A stretch of 63,650 nt of DNA, the filler included, from Octopus bimaculoides (taxonomy: Eukaryota), in the NCBI RefSeq assembly GCF_001194135.2. It is 7 parts of 5 records of this genome, joined end to end, with 100 filler letters (N's around TTAATTAATTAA, not from the genome) between each part and the next. Parts side by side here need not be neighbours in the genome. Positions count along the whole stretch, not along the records: positions 62,594 to 63,650 come from NW_026436204.1; 6 more parts are not named here. One strand, given 5' to 3'. Shown piece after piece: positions 62,991-63,650 of the stretch. The stretch's first letter is position 1. Every line of letters begins with the position of its first letter. Under the pieces are notes generated by a model. The model was not told where the DNA came from and made no database searches. It saw nothing but the letters and a program-made list of their open reading frames with translations. The position numbers were made by a program, and so were the translations under genes.

Positions 62991-63393
62991 GTGGAGGCAC
63001 AATGGCCCAGTGGTTAGGGCAGCAGACTCACGGTCATAGGATCGCAGTTTCGATTCCCAGACCGGGCGTTGTGAGTGTTTATTGAACGAAAACACCTAAA
63101 GCTCCATGAGGCTCCGGCAGAGGATGGTGGCAAACGCTGCTGTACTCTTCCACAACAACTTTCTCTCACTCTTACTTCCTGTTTCTGTTGTACCTGTAAT
63201 TCAAAGGGTCAGCCTTGTCACACTGTGTCACGCTAAATATCCCCCGAGAACTACGTTAAAGGTATACGTGTCTGTGGAGTGCTCAGCCACTTGCACGTTA
63301 ATTTCACAAGCAGGCTGTTCCGTTGATCGGATCAACTGGAACCCTCGACGTCATAAGTGACGGCGTGCCAACAACAACAACAACAGCAACAAC
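62991..63393 (+). mobile_element. SINE family A (head type 1), full length with (AAC)n tail
   Basis: Aligns end to end with 27609-27990. Confidence 0.93.
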
Positions 63394-63650
63394 ATATTTG
63401 TCCATAAAACATCCCCTTCATCATCTGTCACCTTCATGGCAAGCATGTTATTGAATAGGGTCTATTCAACCCAAAACATTCTCTTCTAAAACTCAATAAT
63501 AACTCTATAGCTCTTTTATTTCATCGACAGTAATTTTTTTCAACGATTATGGATATTTCTGTTGGAGGTCTTATCTCTTTAACTACGCATGTGGAGGAAG
63601 TTTTACCAGCTGGCAGCAAATATTTCTTCGATTTTCTCATTTGTATCACA

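Overview
AT-rich eukaryotic draft-assembly scaffold with many N gaps and dense di-, tri- and tetranucleotide microsatellites. The repeat families look like those of an octopus genome; this is recognition from memory, not a database result. No intact protein-coding gene can be supported: nearly all long ORFs in the track are microsatellite or N-gap artefacts or decayed transposon fragments. The window is a mobile-element archive. It holds at least four tRNA-headed or LINE-tailed SINE families (about 35 copies, densest at 31.5-38.3 kb), three tandem R4/Dong-like non-LTR fragments, two Tx1-like LINE fragments, CR1/L2- and RTE-like remnants, mariner and pogo transposase fragments, a hAT MITE, a Merlin-like MITE with a (TTAGGG)n core, a Helentron derivative that keeps its AP endonuclease, and three unrelated near-spacerless foldback palindromes (350-750+ bp). 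Penelope-like repeats here carry hammerhead-ribozyme folds: one canonical minimal hammerhead (9139-9172) and two copies with the same non-canonical core (17412-17448, 32335-32371), which is the most novel-looking signal. A CpG-rich candidate promoter/first exon (24.5-24.8 kb) and a few isolated candidate exons suggest the window may lie in or next to a long-intron gene, but this is unproven.
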